Assembly (NCBI RefSeq): GCF_006345805.1 | Contig: NC_043005.1 | Location: 108,376,001-108,440,000 of the forward strand | Direction: 5' to 3' | Length of the DNA: 64,000 nt | DNA from: Octopus sinensis | Lineage: Eukaryota | Shown: in pieces, positions 37,120 to 49,726 of the stretch | Layout: each line of letters opens with the position of its first letter | How positions within the stretch are numbered: the stretch's first letter is position 1 | Position numbers and translations under genes: made by a program | The notes under the pieces: model-generated | Databases searched by the model: none | The model's input: the letters and a program-made list of their open reading frames with translations, nothing else | What the model was told of the DNA's origin: nothing

Positions 37120-37120
37120 T

Positions 37121-37182
<62 letters not shown>
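37120..37182. repeat. (GATA)n microsatellite
   Basis: Direct inspection. Confidence 0.95.
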
Positions 37183-37183
<1 letters not shown>

Positions 37184-37192
37184 CATATATGT

Positions 37193-37520
37193 GTGAAGGC
37201 ATATGACTCAGTGGTTAGAGCATCAAGCTTACGATCTTGAGGTTGTGAGTCTGAATCCTGGACTAGGCTGCATGTTGTGTTCTTGAGCAAGACCCTTTAT
37301 TTCACATTGCTCCAGTTCACTCAGCTGTAGAAATGAGTTGCAACATCAAAGGTGCCAAACTATATCGGCCTTTGCCTTTCCTTTGGATAACACTGGTGGC
37401 ATGGAGAGGTATGGCTGTTATGCATGGGTGACTGCTGGTCTTCCATAAACAACCATGCCTAGACTTGTGCCTGGGAGGGTAACTTTCTAGGTGCAATCTC
37501 ATGGTCAGTCATGACTGAAG
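37193..37520 (+). mobile_element. CORE-like tRNA-SINE (family E-related)
   Basis: GTGAAGGCATATGACTCAGTGGTTAGAG head, GTGAGTCTGAATCC B-box-like motif, GTTCTTGAGCAAGACCCTTTATTTCACATTGCTCCAG core. Confidence 0.75.
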
Positions 37521-37557
37521 GGGGTCTCAGCATATGTATATATATATATATATATAT

Positions 37558-37871
37558 CTAAGAATAAGGGTCTTTGAGAGACACCACCATGCCGAAATAG
37601 CAGTCAAATCCCTGACTCTAAAAACCACATTAAATGTTCAGTATTATTCAGTAATATTTTTTGCTAGTCTATTTTGTCCCTTCTGTCTTATCTCATGGTG
37701 CGATATGAACATTTGACGTGGTTTATAGAGTCAGGGATTTGCCTGCTATTTCGGCATGGTGGTGTCTCTCTGACACCCTTATTCTCAGTTGTAAAAAATT
37801 ATTACCTTTGTATGGTATTTTTCCAATGCTGGCCACTTGATAATATCGATATTTAAATATCAATATTATCC

Positions 37872-37878
<7 letters not shown>
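37558..37878. mobile_element. (TA)n-embedded fold-back element with 80-bp arms
   Basis: 37561-37640 is imperfectly complementary to 37706-37785; the start CTAAGAATAAGGG and internal GAAATAGCAGTCAAA are shared with the 17779 palindrome. Confidence 0.8.
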
Positions 37879-37942
<64 letters not shown>

Positions 37943-37943
<1 letters not shown>

Positions 37944-38300
37944 GGTGCTGTGTGGTAAGAAAGATTACTTCACAACCACATTGCTCCGGGTTCAGGCCCA
38001 CTGTGTGGTACCTTGGACAAGTGTCTTCTACAATAGCCTCAAACTGAACAAAGCTTAGAGAGTGAATTTGGTAGATGGAAACTGAAAGAAACCTCTCGTA
38101 TATATATATATATATATATATGGACCATTTACATACCCATAACTTAGCGATTTGGCAAAGGATATTAATAGAATAAGTACTAGGCTTACAAACAGTAAGT
38201 CCTGGGGTCGATTTCTTCAACTGAAAACACCTTCTTGGGCAGTTCTCCAGCTTGACCACAGTCCAGTGACGGAAACAAATAAAAGAATAAAAGAATGCAC
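37943..38300 (+). mobile_element. SINE family A (diverged, internally deleted)
   Basis: Head and 3' end recognisable. Confidence 0.8.
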
Positions 38301-38344
38301 TTATTTACATACTTACATACATGCATACATGCATATATATATAT

Positions 38345-38538
38345 AAATGTGACCGTGTGTGTACCGTTGGCGATTTTTTTCCTCTGTCTTCCCTTCTCTG
38401 GATCTTTCCTTCTCCTATGATTCCGACGAAGAGCTCTGCTCGAAACGTTAAAGCCTCCTTCTTTCCTGAGCATCCAATAATACTATATTTGTTCCACGTC
38501 CTCGTGTTGTTTTGTTTTTTGTGTTTTCATGTTTGGAT

Positions 38539-38543
<5 letters not shown>
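38345..38543 (+). mobile_element. (TA)n-embedded hammerhead-bearing element (same family as 10363-10553)
   Basis: Roughly 90% identity by eye to the reverse complement of 10363-10553. Confidence 0.8.
38417..38455 (+). ncRNA. Mutated hammerhead ribozyme motif
   Basis: GAUU-CCGACGA-A-GAGC(UCU)GCUC-GAAA-CG-UU-AAAG; U4 changed to C and stem I weakened, so probably inactive. Confidence 0.6.
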
Positions 38544-38578
<35 letters not shown>

Positions 38579-38833
38579 GTTCCAGCATCTGAATTCACTC
38601 ACAAAGCTCTGGTTGGCCTTGGGTTACAGTACAAGTCATGTGTCTATAGTGTACAGAGTGCAACTGAACTTGTGCCCATGGGATCAAGAAGTAAACTTCA
38701 TAACTGCAAAGCTATGCTTGTTTCAAGGCTATATTATATAGGATAAAAGAAAAGGATAAATTCTACTGGACCAGAGCTAGCCTAAGGCAATACAGTTATA
38801 ATCACCTATGAGGTTAATATTTACTGATGCCTA

Positions 38834-40292
38834 CGAGGTCTGATCAGTAAGTATCCGGACTTGCTATTGTAAAGAACCTAAAGCATGCAGAGTAAAGCCA
38901 CTTGGCACAGATTGACCTTGACCTCTGTTGTGCATGCGCACTAAGTTTTAACTTGGTGTGCATAGGAGCCGATGTGTGGTAAGTAGCTTGCTTACAAACC
39001 ACATGGTTTCAGGTTCAGTTCCACTGTGTGGCACCTTGGGCAAATGTCTTCTACCATAGCCTCAGGCCGACCAAAGCCTTGTGGGTGGATTTGGTAGATG
39101 GAAACTGAAAGAACCTGTCGTATATATGTATATATATATGTATGTATGTGTGTCTGTGTTTGTCCCCCCTACATCGTTTGACAACCCATGCTGGTGTGTT
39201 TACATCCCCGTAACTTAGTGGTTTGGCAAAAGTGACCGATAGAATAAGTACTAGGCTTACAAAGAATAAGTCCTGGGGTTGATTTGCTCGACTAAAGGCG
39301 GTGCTCCAGTATGGCCGCAGTCAAATGACTGAAACAAGTAAACGAGTAAAAGAGTATTTTAGCTCACTTTGGCTGTTTACAGCAGTGCTTCGAATTAATG
39401 TGTGCAACGTGTGATCATTGCATTGACCATGACGGAGAAAGTTGTCATGGCAATAAATGCTCACAAGGCCTATGCAAAGTTGCAGAAAGTGTATGGAGAG
39501 GGGGAGTGTATGAGCCGCACACAAGTGTGCAAGTGATTCAAACGTGTTCAAAATGGCTGAAAAAGTGTCGATATTGACAAAAATTATACAAAAAGGAGAA
39601 CTGAGAAAATTATCACAGATGTGTGTGCAACTGTGAGAGAAAATCATCAAATCACGATCTGTGAGGATGTGCAGATTGGATATAGTTCATCTTTGACCCA
39701 GATGTAACAGTCAGGTAAGTTACTGAAACCACCACCCTAGGTATGCCCTTTCATGTCTACCAATCTAAGAAGTGGTGAGTCAACTAATGGATCCGTAAAG
39801 TAGTTGTTTGGCATGCTAGATATAAGAACTAATACGAACACTTCAGAGGATGTGCAGATTGGATATTGTTCAGTTCAGCCCGTTATCACTAAAGATTTGG
39901 GTATTAGATGCATGTCTGCCAGATTTGTGCCAAAACTGCTCTGAGCTGACCAAAATGGCACACAGGATTATGTTGCACAAAATCTTGATTGTGTCGAGAA
40001 CAATGAAAGTTTTTTGAAAACTTTGTGTAGGCCTCTGAGCAGGTATCACCAAGCTTTTGGCAAAATTGGATGCATATCCTCTGCTCAACTTTTTCTATCA
40101 TGGTCAATGCAACAAACACATGCTACACACCTTCCTTCCCAAAACTGCTGTAAACTGCGGAAGTGTACTAGAATGTTAAAACTTAGTGTGCACGCACAAC
40201 AGTTCAGGGTCAATTTGTGTCAAGAAGCTTCACTCTGTGTGCCTTAGCTTCGTTGCTATGGCAACAGTCCGGATACTTATTGATTAGACACA
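38834..40292. mobile_element. Mariner derivative made of two 5' ends in head-to-head orientation
   Basis: TA|CGAGGTCTGATCAGTAAGTATCCGGAC left end and GTCCGGATACTTATTGATTAGAC..|TA right end; + strand AYAKLQKVYGE and DLGIRCMSARFVPKLL; - strand MIEKVEQRICIQFCQKLG. Confidence 0.75.
38955..39357 (+). mobile_element. SINE family A inserted in the mariner 5' region
   Basis: Full-length match; mariner sequence resumes at about 39358. Confidence 0.9.
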
Positions 40293-40699
40293 TATATGCC
40301 ATAATTTTGATGGATCAGAACTGATCTAAAACATCACTAACATCACAGAAAATAGTAACTAGCCATAATGTGCTATAATTATATGCAATTATTCTCAAGG
40401 TTATTTCGAGGTTACACAACAACAACAACAACAACAACAACATCAACTATGCAGTTTGATTTATTTTTATGTAAAGCAAGGTCACTCACATCCAGGTCAT
40501 TCAAGAAACAGATGACAAAATACCAGTTTTCTGGTTCACTTACTGTAATCACTGTCATATTCCATCTTTGGTCAAGATATTTAACTATCAATGGCTACGC
40601 CCCTCTTTCTGGATTTGTGAATGGATGCTAGATTGTTCTTGGTGTTGTTTAGACACACGTCATACTTAATTGAACAGACTTAAGTAATTCTAGCAATGA

Positions 40700-41640
40700 C
40701 TGCCCCACTTAAAAAAGACATCGTGCATTCTGTGATTTAATGAGTCCCTGTCAAAGACAGCAGGGTTTAATTTCAGAGAGAAAGATTAGTTCTTATTTCT
40801 AGTATGCCAAACACCTATTTTATGGATCCATTAGTTAAATCACAACTTCTTAGATTGGTAGACATGGAAGAGCATACCTAGGGTGGTGGTTTCAGTCACT
40901 TACCTGACTGTTACACCTGGGTCAAAGATGAACATAGTTCTATTAGTTCAACATATATTTCATTGATCAGCAAATGTGATGAATCAGATGACTTGAACTC
41001 AAAGGATTCATGCTGCAAAGAATTAGGTAACAGGATGGACTGAGTTGTGTTGCTATGAGTACAAACAGGGTAGATGATCCAGTGTGAGCAGACAAAGCTT
41101 TTTAAAGGGCACGTTCGGAAGTAATAAAGAGGTCAAGAATGCTTTGAGGGATACAGGTGGGTGAGGATATTTAGCGTTATTGTAGTTTAACATTGCAATT
41201 AATTCATTCAATAGAAATATCAGCCTTGCAGATCGCAATAAAGGGTTTACTGTCTGATTCATTTCCAGCTTCACCCTGAAGTAACTTGGTGAAATTTCTC
41301 ACAGCTGTGAGAGTAAGAAGACTTATGTACCTGTGTGCTCTGAAGAAACCAAGGATAAGGACTTCAGTGAAAGAGAATGGAAAGATAAATGTTTTTGAAG
41401 CTGGAAAACAGGCAGTCAAGCAACTGCTGATGGTTGAATGTATTTGAAAAGCTGTAGAATCAGTAGGGGATGCTAGAAGCAAAAGGAGGAGAGACTTTGT
41501 ACTGAAATAACTGGAAATCATTGTTGTTGCTATTTGAAAGAGGTAGGTTGTGGATAGAGATAGTGGATTTTGAATAAGTGCAAACACCAACAGAGGAAAG
41601 TGTTCTGAGAGAAATGGTCTGCCTACTAAATGAAAATACA
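40700..41640 (-). mobile_element. Decayed CR1/L2-like LINE remnant (endonuclease region joined to a 3'-like segment)
   Basis: Minus-strand fragments PTCIPQSILDLFITS and AHTGSS resemble the APE motifs PTR.P..LDLFLTS and LGSSDH. Confidence 0.4.
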
Positions 41641-41728
41641 ATAGGATCTCACATATATACTATATTGAGTTGAAGATCTTTTAACTGTTAGTTAAAGTTT
41701 TTCAATTCACTATATTACATACATTTAA

Positions 41729-41955
41729 AGGCGGCGAGCTGGCAGAAACGTTAGCGTGCCAGGCAAAATGCTCAGCAGTATTTTGTCTGTTATTACATTC
41801 TGAGTTCAAATTCCGCCGAGGTCAATATGCTCTCATCCTTTCGGGGTCGATAAATAAAGTACCAGTTTCGCACTGGGGTCGATGTAATCGACTTAATCCC
41901 TTTGTCTGTATTTGTTTGTCCCCTCTATGTTTAGCCCCTTGTGGGCAATAAAGAA
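41729..41955 (+). mobile_element. SINE family B
   Basis: Full-length match. Confidence 0.9.
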
Positions 41956-42160
41956 ATATATATTACATACATATGACCCTATCATGTTGAATATAAAACA
42001 TTACCTGGATAATACATATAGATTAGTAATAGGGGATAAGATATTTCTTTTTCAGGAAGGAATATGATGCATGGCTTGCATGCTGGTAGAAAATCTTAAG
42101 GAGAAAGTTGATGACTGTGAAATAATATATTGAATGAAATATATTTTACAGAAATATATA

Positions 42161-42258
42161 AACCTTGTGCAAGTGTCTTCTACTATAGTCTCGGGCCGAC
42201 CAAAGCCTTATGAGTGGATTTGGTAGACATAAACTGAAAGAAGCCCATCGTATATATG

Positions 42259-42289
<31 letters not shown>

Positions 42290-42510
42290 ATATATGTTTG
42301 TGCGTCTGTGTTTGTCCCCCCCAACATCGCTTGACAACCGATGCTGGTCTGTTTATGTCCACGTAGCTCAGTAGTTTGGCAAAAGAGACCGACAGAACGA
42401 GTACTAAGGCTTACAAAGAATAAGTCCTGGGGTTGATTTGCTCGACTAAAGGCGGTGCTCCAGCATGGCCGCAGTCAAATGACCGAAACAAATAAAAGAG
42501 TAAAAGAGTA
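42161..42510 (+). mobile_element. SINE family A (5'-truncated)
   Basis: Starts at the CORE-like CCTTGTGCAAGTGTCTTC. Confidence 0.85.
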
Positions 42511-42892
42511 GATTGAATGTACTCTTACATTATCTAAAGAGAGGATTTTCAGCATTTTTTTTTCCCATATAAGTTCTAGATTATGATGTGTTTGTTACTG
42601 AATATATCATTGAATATGATATGAACATGTGTTCTTTGTATCTTCCAATGATCATTGACCACTTGCAAAAGAAATATATGCATGAGGTCAATGAGGAAAT
42701 TTATCAGTTGTAAGAATGATACTAACTGATACAGGGATAATATTTTGGCATATTTGCAAAATGAGAAACTGGAATATTCTATTGTTTTATTTTGGCAGAC
42801 AACTTTTCATTTTCCTTTTTATTAATAGAATGTTTTTTTATTGAATCTAAATAAGCCTATATATATACAAGCATTATACATGCTTATAGCTT

Positions 42893-42924
<32 letters not shown>

Positions 42925-43049
42925 TAGGTAATAATACATTTGTGCTATTGCATACGTTATAACTCTACAACCAAAGCAGAAAGTACTAAATAACTTTGGT
43001 AGAGAAAATATTCAACATTAAAGATAATATTTCTAGCATGCAGCATTTA

Positions 43050-43400
43050 TTACTCAACCCCAAGACTTATTCTTTGTAAGCCTAGTACTTATTCTATCGG
43101 TCTCTTTTGCCGAACTGCTAAGTTACGGGGACGTAAACACACCAGCATCGGTTGTCAAGAGATGTTGGGGGGATAAACGCAGAACACAGACACACAAGCA
43201 TAAACACACAAATACATATATATATATACATATATACGATGGGCTTCTTTCAGTTTTTGTCTACCAAATCCACTCAGAAGGCTTTGGTTGGCCCGAGGCT
43301 ATAGTAGAAGACACTTGCCCAAGGTGTTACACAGTGGGACTGAACCCAGAACCATGTGGTTCGTAAGCAAGCTACTTACCACACAGCCGCTCCTACTCAG
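43050..43400 (-). mobile_element. SINE family A (3' end missing)
   Basis: Reverse-complement match. Confidence 0.85.
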
Positions 43401-44099
43401 GAAATTCTTAGCAACATTGTTTAATTTTTTTATGGAGGGCTCAACCAAATTACATTAGTTACAATTTTTATATGAGTTGTCTTCATTAGCAGGGTTTAGA
43501 TTAGTGGGTGACTTAACTTCAGTTACTAAATCCACTAGCTCCCAGTACATTCTTGCCGTGATTTGCAAATCTATTAATTAGTTCCTTGTCATTCTACCAA
43601 TATTGCTGATTCTTAAAAATGATGAGCTGATGTAGAGAGGAATTTAGAGCTGATATAAGAGAGTTTTTCATTTTCTTTTCTGTAGGCCTTAAGTTTACAT
43701 AAGTTGAGGTCCAAGTCAAGGTTTAGGAAGTTAATTGTCATTATATTACTGTGGCCTTCACTCCAGGTTCTTAAAAGGTTCTATCTAGAACTTGCACTTT
43801 ACTATCAAGGTTATGTCCACTCATGCTGTTAAAAATAGCCACCAACTCTGCATAAGCTTATGCCTGAGTTGTTAAATCTTGATACATGTTTCTCAAGGAT
43901 CCAGCCAGATTATAAATCTCTTCCTCGGGAGAGAAGCCCCATCATAACAGCAACTGGATCATTAGTGTCGTCCCCCTAAGCAGAGCTTGTGTTGGAAAAT
44001 AGGACTTTTATGGCACATACACTTATGTCTACATTACTATTATCAATATCATCAGCTCATTCTGCAGTGCAGGCCTTTAGACAACAGACTTGAAAAATT

Positions 44100-44275
44100 A
44101 TCATCATCATCATCATCGTTTAACGTCTGTTTTCCTTGCTAGCATGGGTTGGACGGTTCAACCGGGGATCTGGGAAGCCAGAAGGCTGCACCAGGCTCCA
44201 GTCTGATCTGGCAGTGTTTCTACAGCTGGATGCCCTTCCTAACACCAACCACTCTGTGAGTGTAGTGTGTGCTTT
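44100..44275 (-). mobile_element. Family D retroposon 3' end
   Basis: (CAT)n-CGTTTAACGTC...CAGCTGGATGCCCTTCC. Confidence 0.85.
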
Positions 44276-44847
44276 CAGGTAAAATTTAACACTATCAAAC
44301 TGGTTGAATTTACATTTTTTTTTTTATAGTTTATAACAGCCAATTAACTACTGTGCTGGTGCTATTCTATTGCCACAGTTTATTTACACACATCATACAC
44401 ATGCACACACATATACAAACATGCATGCATATATGATGGCTGCCCCCTCGTTATTGAGTATGGCCATTGCACAAGCCTTAACTGTTGCCAGTGCTGTGAT
44501 CGAATACATATATGCATACATACATAATACATACGTACATACATACATACATACATAAATACATACATACATACAAACATACACACAAACACACACACAT
44601 ATACATACATACATAAACACATACATACATACATGTTGTGCCTTGATAATGATTTTTGTTTATTTTTTCAAGGAACTCTTGTTTTGATCTAAAATTTATG
44701 CACTTACTTTTAACTGGACTCAATTTTCCTATCTTTACAGGTAAAGCCTATTGCTATAACCTTGATGATAAAGTGCAAGTTCTAGATAGAATCTTTTAAG
44801 AACCTGAACTTAGTTTAGTAAACATACAGGTATTTGGATCAGAATTA

Positions 44848-45756
44848 CTCTCTTTTACTTGTTTCAGTCATTTGACTGTGGCCATGCTGGGGCACTGCCT
44901 TTAAGTCAAGCAAATCGACCCCGGAACTTATTCTTTGGAAGCTTAGTACTTATTCTATTGGTCTCTTTTGCTGAACCACTAAGTTACGGGGACGTAAACA
45001 TACCACCATCGGTTGTCAAGTGATGTTGGGGGAGGGGACAAACATATACTCTCTTACTCTCTTACTTGTTTCAGTCATTTGACTACGGCCATGCTGGAGC
45101 ACCGCCTTTAATCGAGCAACTCGACCCCAGGACTTATTCTTTGTAAGCCCAGTACTTATTCTATCGGTCTCTTTTGCCGAACCGCTAAGTGACGGGGACA
45201 TAAACACACCAGCATCGGTTGTCAAGCAATGCTAGGGGGACAAACACAGACACACAAACACACACACATACATATATATACATATATACGACGGGCTTCT
45301 TTCAGTTTCCGTCTACCAAATCCACTCACAAGGCTTTGGTCAGCCCAAGGCTATAGTAGAAGACACTTGCCCAAGGTGCCACGCAGTGGGACTGAACCCG
45401 GAACCATGTGGTTGGTAAGCAAGCTAATTACCAAACAGCCACTCCTGCGCCTACATATACATATATACGAGAGACTTCCTTCAGTTTCCCTCTACCAAAT
45501 CCACTCACAAGGCTTTGGTCAGCCCGAGGCTATAGTAGAAGACACTTGCCCAAGGTGCCACGCAGTGGGACTGAACCCGGAACCATGTGGTTGGTAAGCA
45601 AGCTACTTACCACACAGCCACTCCTGTGCCTACATATACATATATACGAGAGACTTCTTTCAGTTTTCTGTCTACCAAATCCACTCACAAGGCTTTGGTC
45701 AGCTCGAGGCTATAGTAGAAGACAGTTGTCCAAGGTGCCACGGAGCCGGAATGAAC
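44848..45756 (-). mobile_element. SINE family A cluster: extra 3' half, one full copy and two additional tandem heads
   Basis: 3' half 44848-45045; full copy 45048-45453; 179-bp head repeat 45454-45632; truncated third head 45633-45756. Confidence 0.9.
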
Positions 45757-46398
45757 TTCCATGTTTCTAAGGTGATGGAGACTTTGAAATAGAACTGAGC
45801 ACTAAACTGGCGAACAGGTGTAAGAAAGGAATGCCTCTTCCTTTGTTTTAGAAGAGATTGGAGCCTTCAGATTATTTCTTTTGTGATAAAATAAGTTATA
45901 GAAAAGCATAAATGCCACAGCAGCTAATTTCACCCATTCTGTTCAGTGTTGGATCTCCCTAAAAGTGAATATAATTTAGTCGAAGAAGAATAAAAGAACA
46001 TTGAAAAATTTGTGGATCCATTATAAAGGAACTGTTCTGTTTGGAATACATTACAGCAGGTCAATTCGTAGTGAAGCAGCTCAAATTGAAGGCGTATCAT
46101 TGATATGGCAGTAAGCATGGCAAAGTAGCTTTTAGGAAATCGAACAATTTCAGATTTCTAACATTCAAACTAAAAAGTAACACAAACAGACTCACACACA
46201 CATACATGCTAACACATACATATGCATACAAACACACATGTGTACAATCTTTTGGACATGAATATAAGAATACAAAAAAAAATTTATAAAATATGGTATA
46301 ATAAAAATAAAATAAAGACAAACCCTAAAAATTTATTTCTTAGATCTAAGCTATTATTTCAATGCCAAAAACCTAATCTGAAAATAGGGATGGCATAC

Positions 46399-46471
<73 letters not shown>

Positions 46472-47754
46472 CAATAATAATAATAATAATAGTTAGGAAA
46501 AAGATAACAAGCAAGCAAACAAATCTATAAAAAAAAGCCCATACCAAAAAATTAGCAAAAGAAAATATAGATTTTTTTTCACAACCAAAATAATATTCTG
46601 TGAAGCATATACCATAAATTTTTTTTTAGATAAGGAGACAAAGAGAACAAAAGCAATGCAATCTCGAAATTTCTCACTTTCTTACAAAACTATAATCTAT
46701 GGAACATTTATGTTTCATTTAAAGAGCTCTATCATTTTCTCCTTGCTTTGTGTTTCTATTTCCATTTCAAACCTGGAAGATTGACTAACCAAGATATATG
46801 TTATTATTTTTCAGTCCCTTAGCAAATCATTTCTGATAGTCTGTTTGATAATGGGGGGATTCCAAAAATTCATAATTCTGACTTTCAATTCAATTTCTAC
46901 TGCTCTGGTGTTGTCATTACGCATGTCAATAGCTAATACAGAAATACACACACATACATATACATACACACACACACACACATACATACATACATACATA
47001 CACACATAAATATATACTAATATATACATACATATGTACATACATACATACACACATATACTAATATATACATACATACATACATGCACACATAAATATA
47101 TACTAAAATATACACACATACATATGTACATACATACATACATTCATACATATATACATAAATACATACATACATATATACATACATACATATTTGTGCA
47201 TACATATATGTGTGCACTAATATATACATACATATATATGTACATACATTCATACATACACACATATAAATATACACTAATACATACATACATATATACA
47301 TACATACATACATACATATACATACACACATACATATTTGTGCTTACATATATGTGTGCACATGTGTGAGAGTGTGCGTGTAGGCACAAGATGTCCAAAT
47401 GGTTAAAAAGTTTGCGTTATGATCACAAGGTTCCGGGTTTCGTTCTACCGAATGAAATTGTAAGCAATTTGCATTTTCTATAAATTTGGGTCACCCCATA
47501 CTTTGTGAATGCTACTGGGTTGACAGAAGTCTATCTGAGTGATCGTTCTTGAAATTCAAAAGTACAGCCCTGACATGCTTTTTCACATTTATTCTGCCTG
47601 CAAATGATGTTAAGGACAACTCATGCCAGTGGAATACAGAGGCACCCATGAGTCCAAAAACAGGTTATTCACATAGCTGATTGAATAAGCAAATCATCCT
47701 CAAGTGATAGAGATCCCCTTGTTTGATATATACATTCATACATATAGAGATACA

Positions 47755-48165
47755 TAGGCACAGGAGTGGCTGTGTGGTAAGTAGCCTGCTTACCAACCAC
47801 ATGGTTCCGGGTTCAGTCCCACTGTGTGGCACCTTGGGCAAGTGTCTTCTATGATAGTCTCGGGCCAACCAAAGCCTTGTGAGTGGATTTGGTAGACGGA
47901 AACTGAAAGAAGCCCGCCGTATATATGTATATATATATATGTGTGCATGAGTGTGTGTATATGTTTGTGTGTCTGTGTTTGTCCCCCACAACATCGCTTG
48001 ACAACCGATGCTGGTGTGTATACGTCCTTGTAATTTAGCAGTTTGGTGAAAGAGATCGATAGAATAAGTACTACTTATTCTTACGAAGAATAAGTCCTGA
48101 AGCTGATTTGCTCCAGCATGGCCACAGTCAAATGACTGAAACAGGTAAAAGAGTAAAAGAGTATG
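47755..48165 (+). mobile_element. SINE family A
   Basis: Full-length match. Confidence 0.9.
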
Positions 48166-48234
48166 TATATGAACATTGACAAAAAATAAAAAATTATGGG
48201 ACTTTGTACCAAGTGGTATCAAAAACATAAATAT

Positions 48235-48628
48235 AGGCACAAGAGTGGTTGTGTGGTAAGTAGTTTGCTTACCAACCACATGGTTCCAGGTTCAGTCCCA
48301 CTGCGTGGCACCTTGGGCAAGTTTCTTCTACTATAGCCTCGGGCTGACCAAAGCCTTGTGAGTGGATTTGGTAGACGGAAACTGAAAAAGCCCGTCATAT
48401 ATATGTATATGCATATCTATGTCTGTCTGTGTTTGTCTCCCCAACATTGCTTGACAACCGATGCTGGTGTGTTTATGTCCCCATCACTTAGCGGTTCAGC
48501 AAAAGGGACTGATAGAATAAGTAGTAGGCTTACAAAGAATAAGTCCTGGTGGCAATTTCCTCGACTAAAGGTGGTGCCCCAGCATGGCCGCAGTCAAATG
48601 ACTGAAACAAGTAAAAGAGTAAAGAGTA
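48235..48628 (+). mobile_element. SINE family A
   Basis: Full-length match; its 3' half and flank are duplicated at 52437-52817. Confidence 0.9.
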
Positions 48629-49269
48629 TATATATATATATATGCTGGTAGATGGAATTAGCTTACCATGAGCCATTTGATCAGTCACCACTGATAAAGT
48701 CTACAGTATAGGCAAAACTACACCTAGGCTGGTCCTCGGGACATTCATGGGGTGGTTACCTCACCTGTCGGCATATGTGTATATCTGTGCTCTTCTTAAG
48801 CATTAAGAGCATTTTAACAACTCTTATTTCTAGCAATGTAGGTGCCTCAGCACTCTTAGTCACAGGGATGATTGAATTTTTTCTTTGTGGTATCACATTG
48901 CACCCTGCTGATTATATCCCTCATTGCCAAAACAACAGCAGCAATGACCAAATTCAGAACATTGTGGAAAGACAGAAATATCTCACTAAGCTCCAAAATT
49001 AGGCTAATGAGATCACTAGTGATCTCCGTACTACTTACTGTGTGCTGTGAGACATGGATATTGACAGCAGAAATCGAAAGAAGAATCCAGGTGACAGTGA
49101 CGCAATGCTTCAGGAGACTTTTGGAAATATCATATGGAGATTGTGTCACAAATGAGGAAGTGCAATGAAGAATCAGGCAGGCAATAGGGCCCTATGAGGA
49201 ACTTCTTACCACAGTAAAAGAAACACATGATGATGTCTATATATGTAGGTATGTATTTACTCACACACA

Positions 49270-49725
49270 CAGAACTCAGTATCCTAGACAGATGTGTTAC
49301 CAGTGCCGGTGGCATGTCGAAACTCTACTTGTGAAGACCTGTTGAGGCAAGCGAGGATCAGAATCGAAATCGATCAATGGAAATTGCAGATGTGTTACCA
49401 GTGCCGGTGGCATGTAAGAGAACCTTCCGTTTTGCGACCGTTGCCAGCGCTGCCCCGACTGGCCTCGTGCCGGTGGCACGTAAAAAGCACCATCCGTTCG
49501 TGGCCGTTTGCCAGCTCTGTCTGGCACCTGTGCGGGTGGCACATAAAAAGCACCCACTACACTCACGGAGTGGTTGGCATTAGGAAGGGCATCCAGCCGT
49601 AGAAACATTGCCAGATTTGACTGGGCCTGATGAAGCCTTCTGGCTTCACAGACCCCAGTAGAACCGTCCAACCCATGCTAGCATGGAAAACGGACGCTAA
49701 ACGATGATGATGATGATGATGATGT
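49270..49725 (+). mobile_element. Family D retroposon, long copy with internal repeats and (GAT)n tail
   Basis: AGATGTGTTACCAGTGCCGGTGGCATGT occurs twice; GGTGGCACGTAAAAAGCACC-like repeats; tail GATGATGAT. Confidence 0.85.
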
Positions 49726-49726
49726 A

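Noticed and set aside
45270-45756. Regularly spaced repeats suggesting a CRISPR-like array
   Set aside because: The units are whole tandem SINE heads with no unique spacers, in a eukaryotic context
45229-45770. Recurrent ORFs RRASFSFRLPNPLTRLWSARGYSRRHLPKVP (also at 134, 10015, 27401, 47665 and elsewhere)
   Set aside because: Antisense translations of SINE family A, not a gene family
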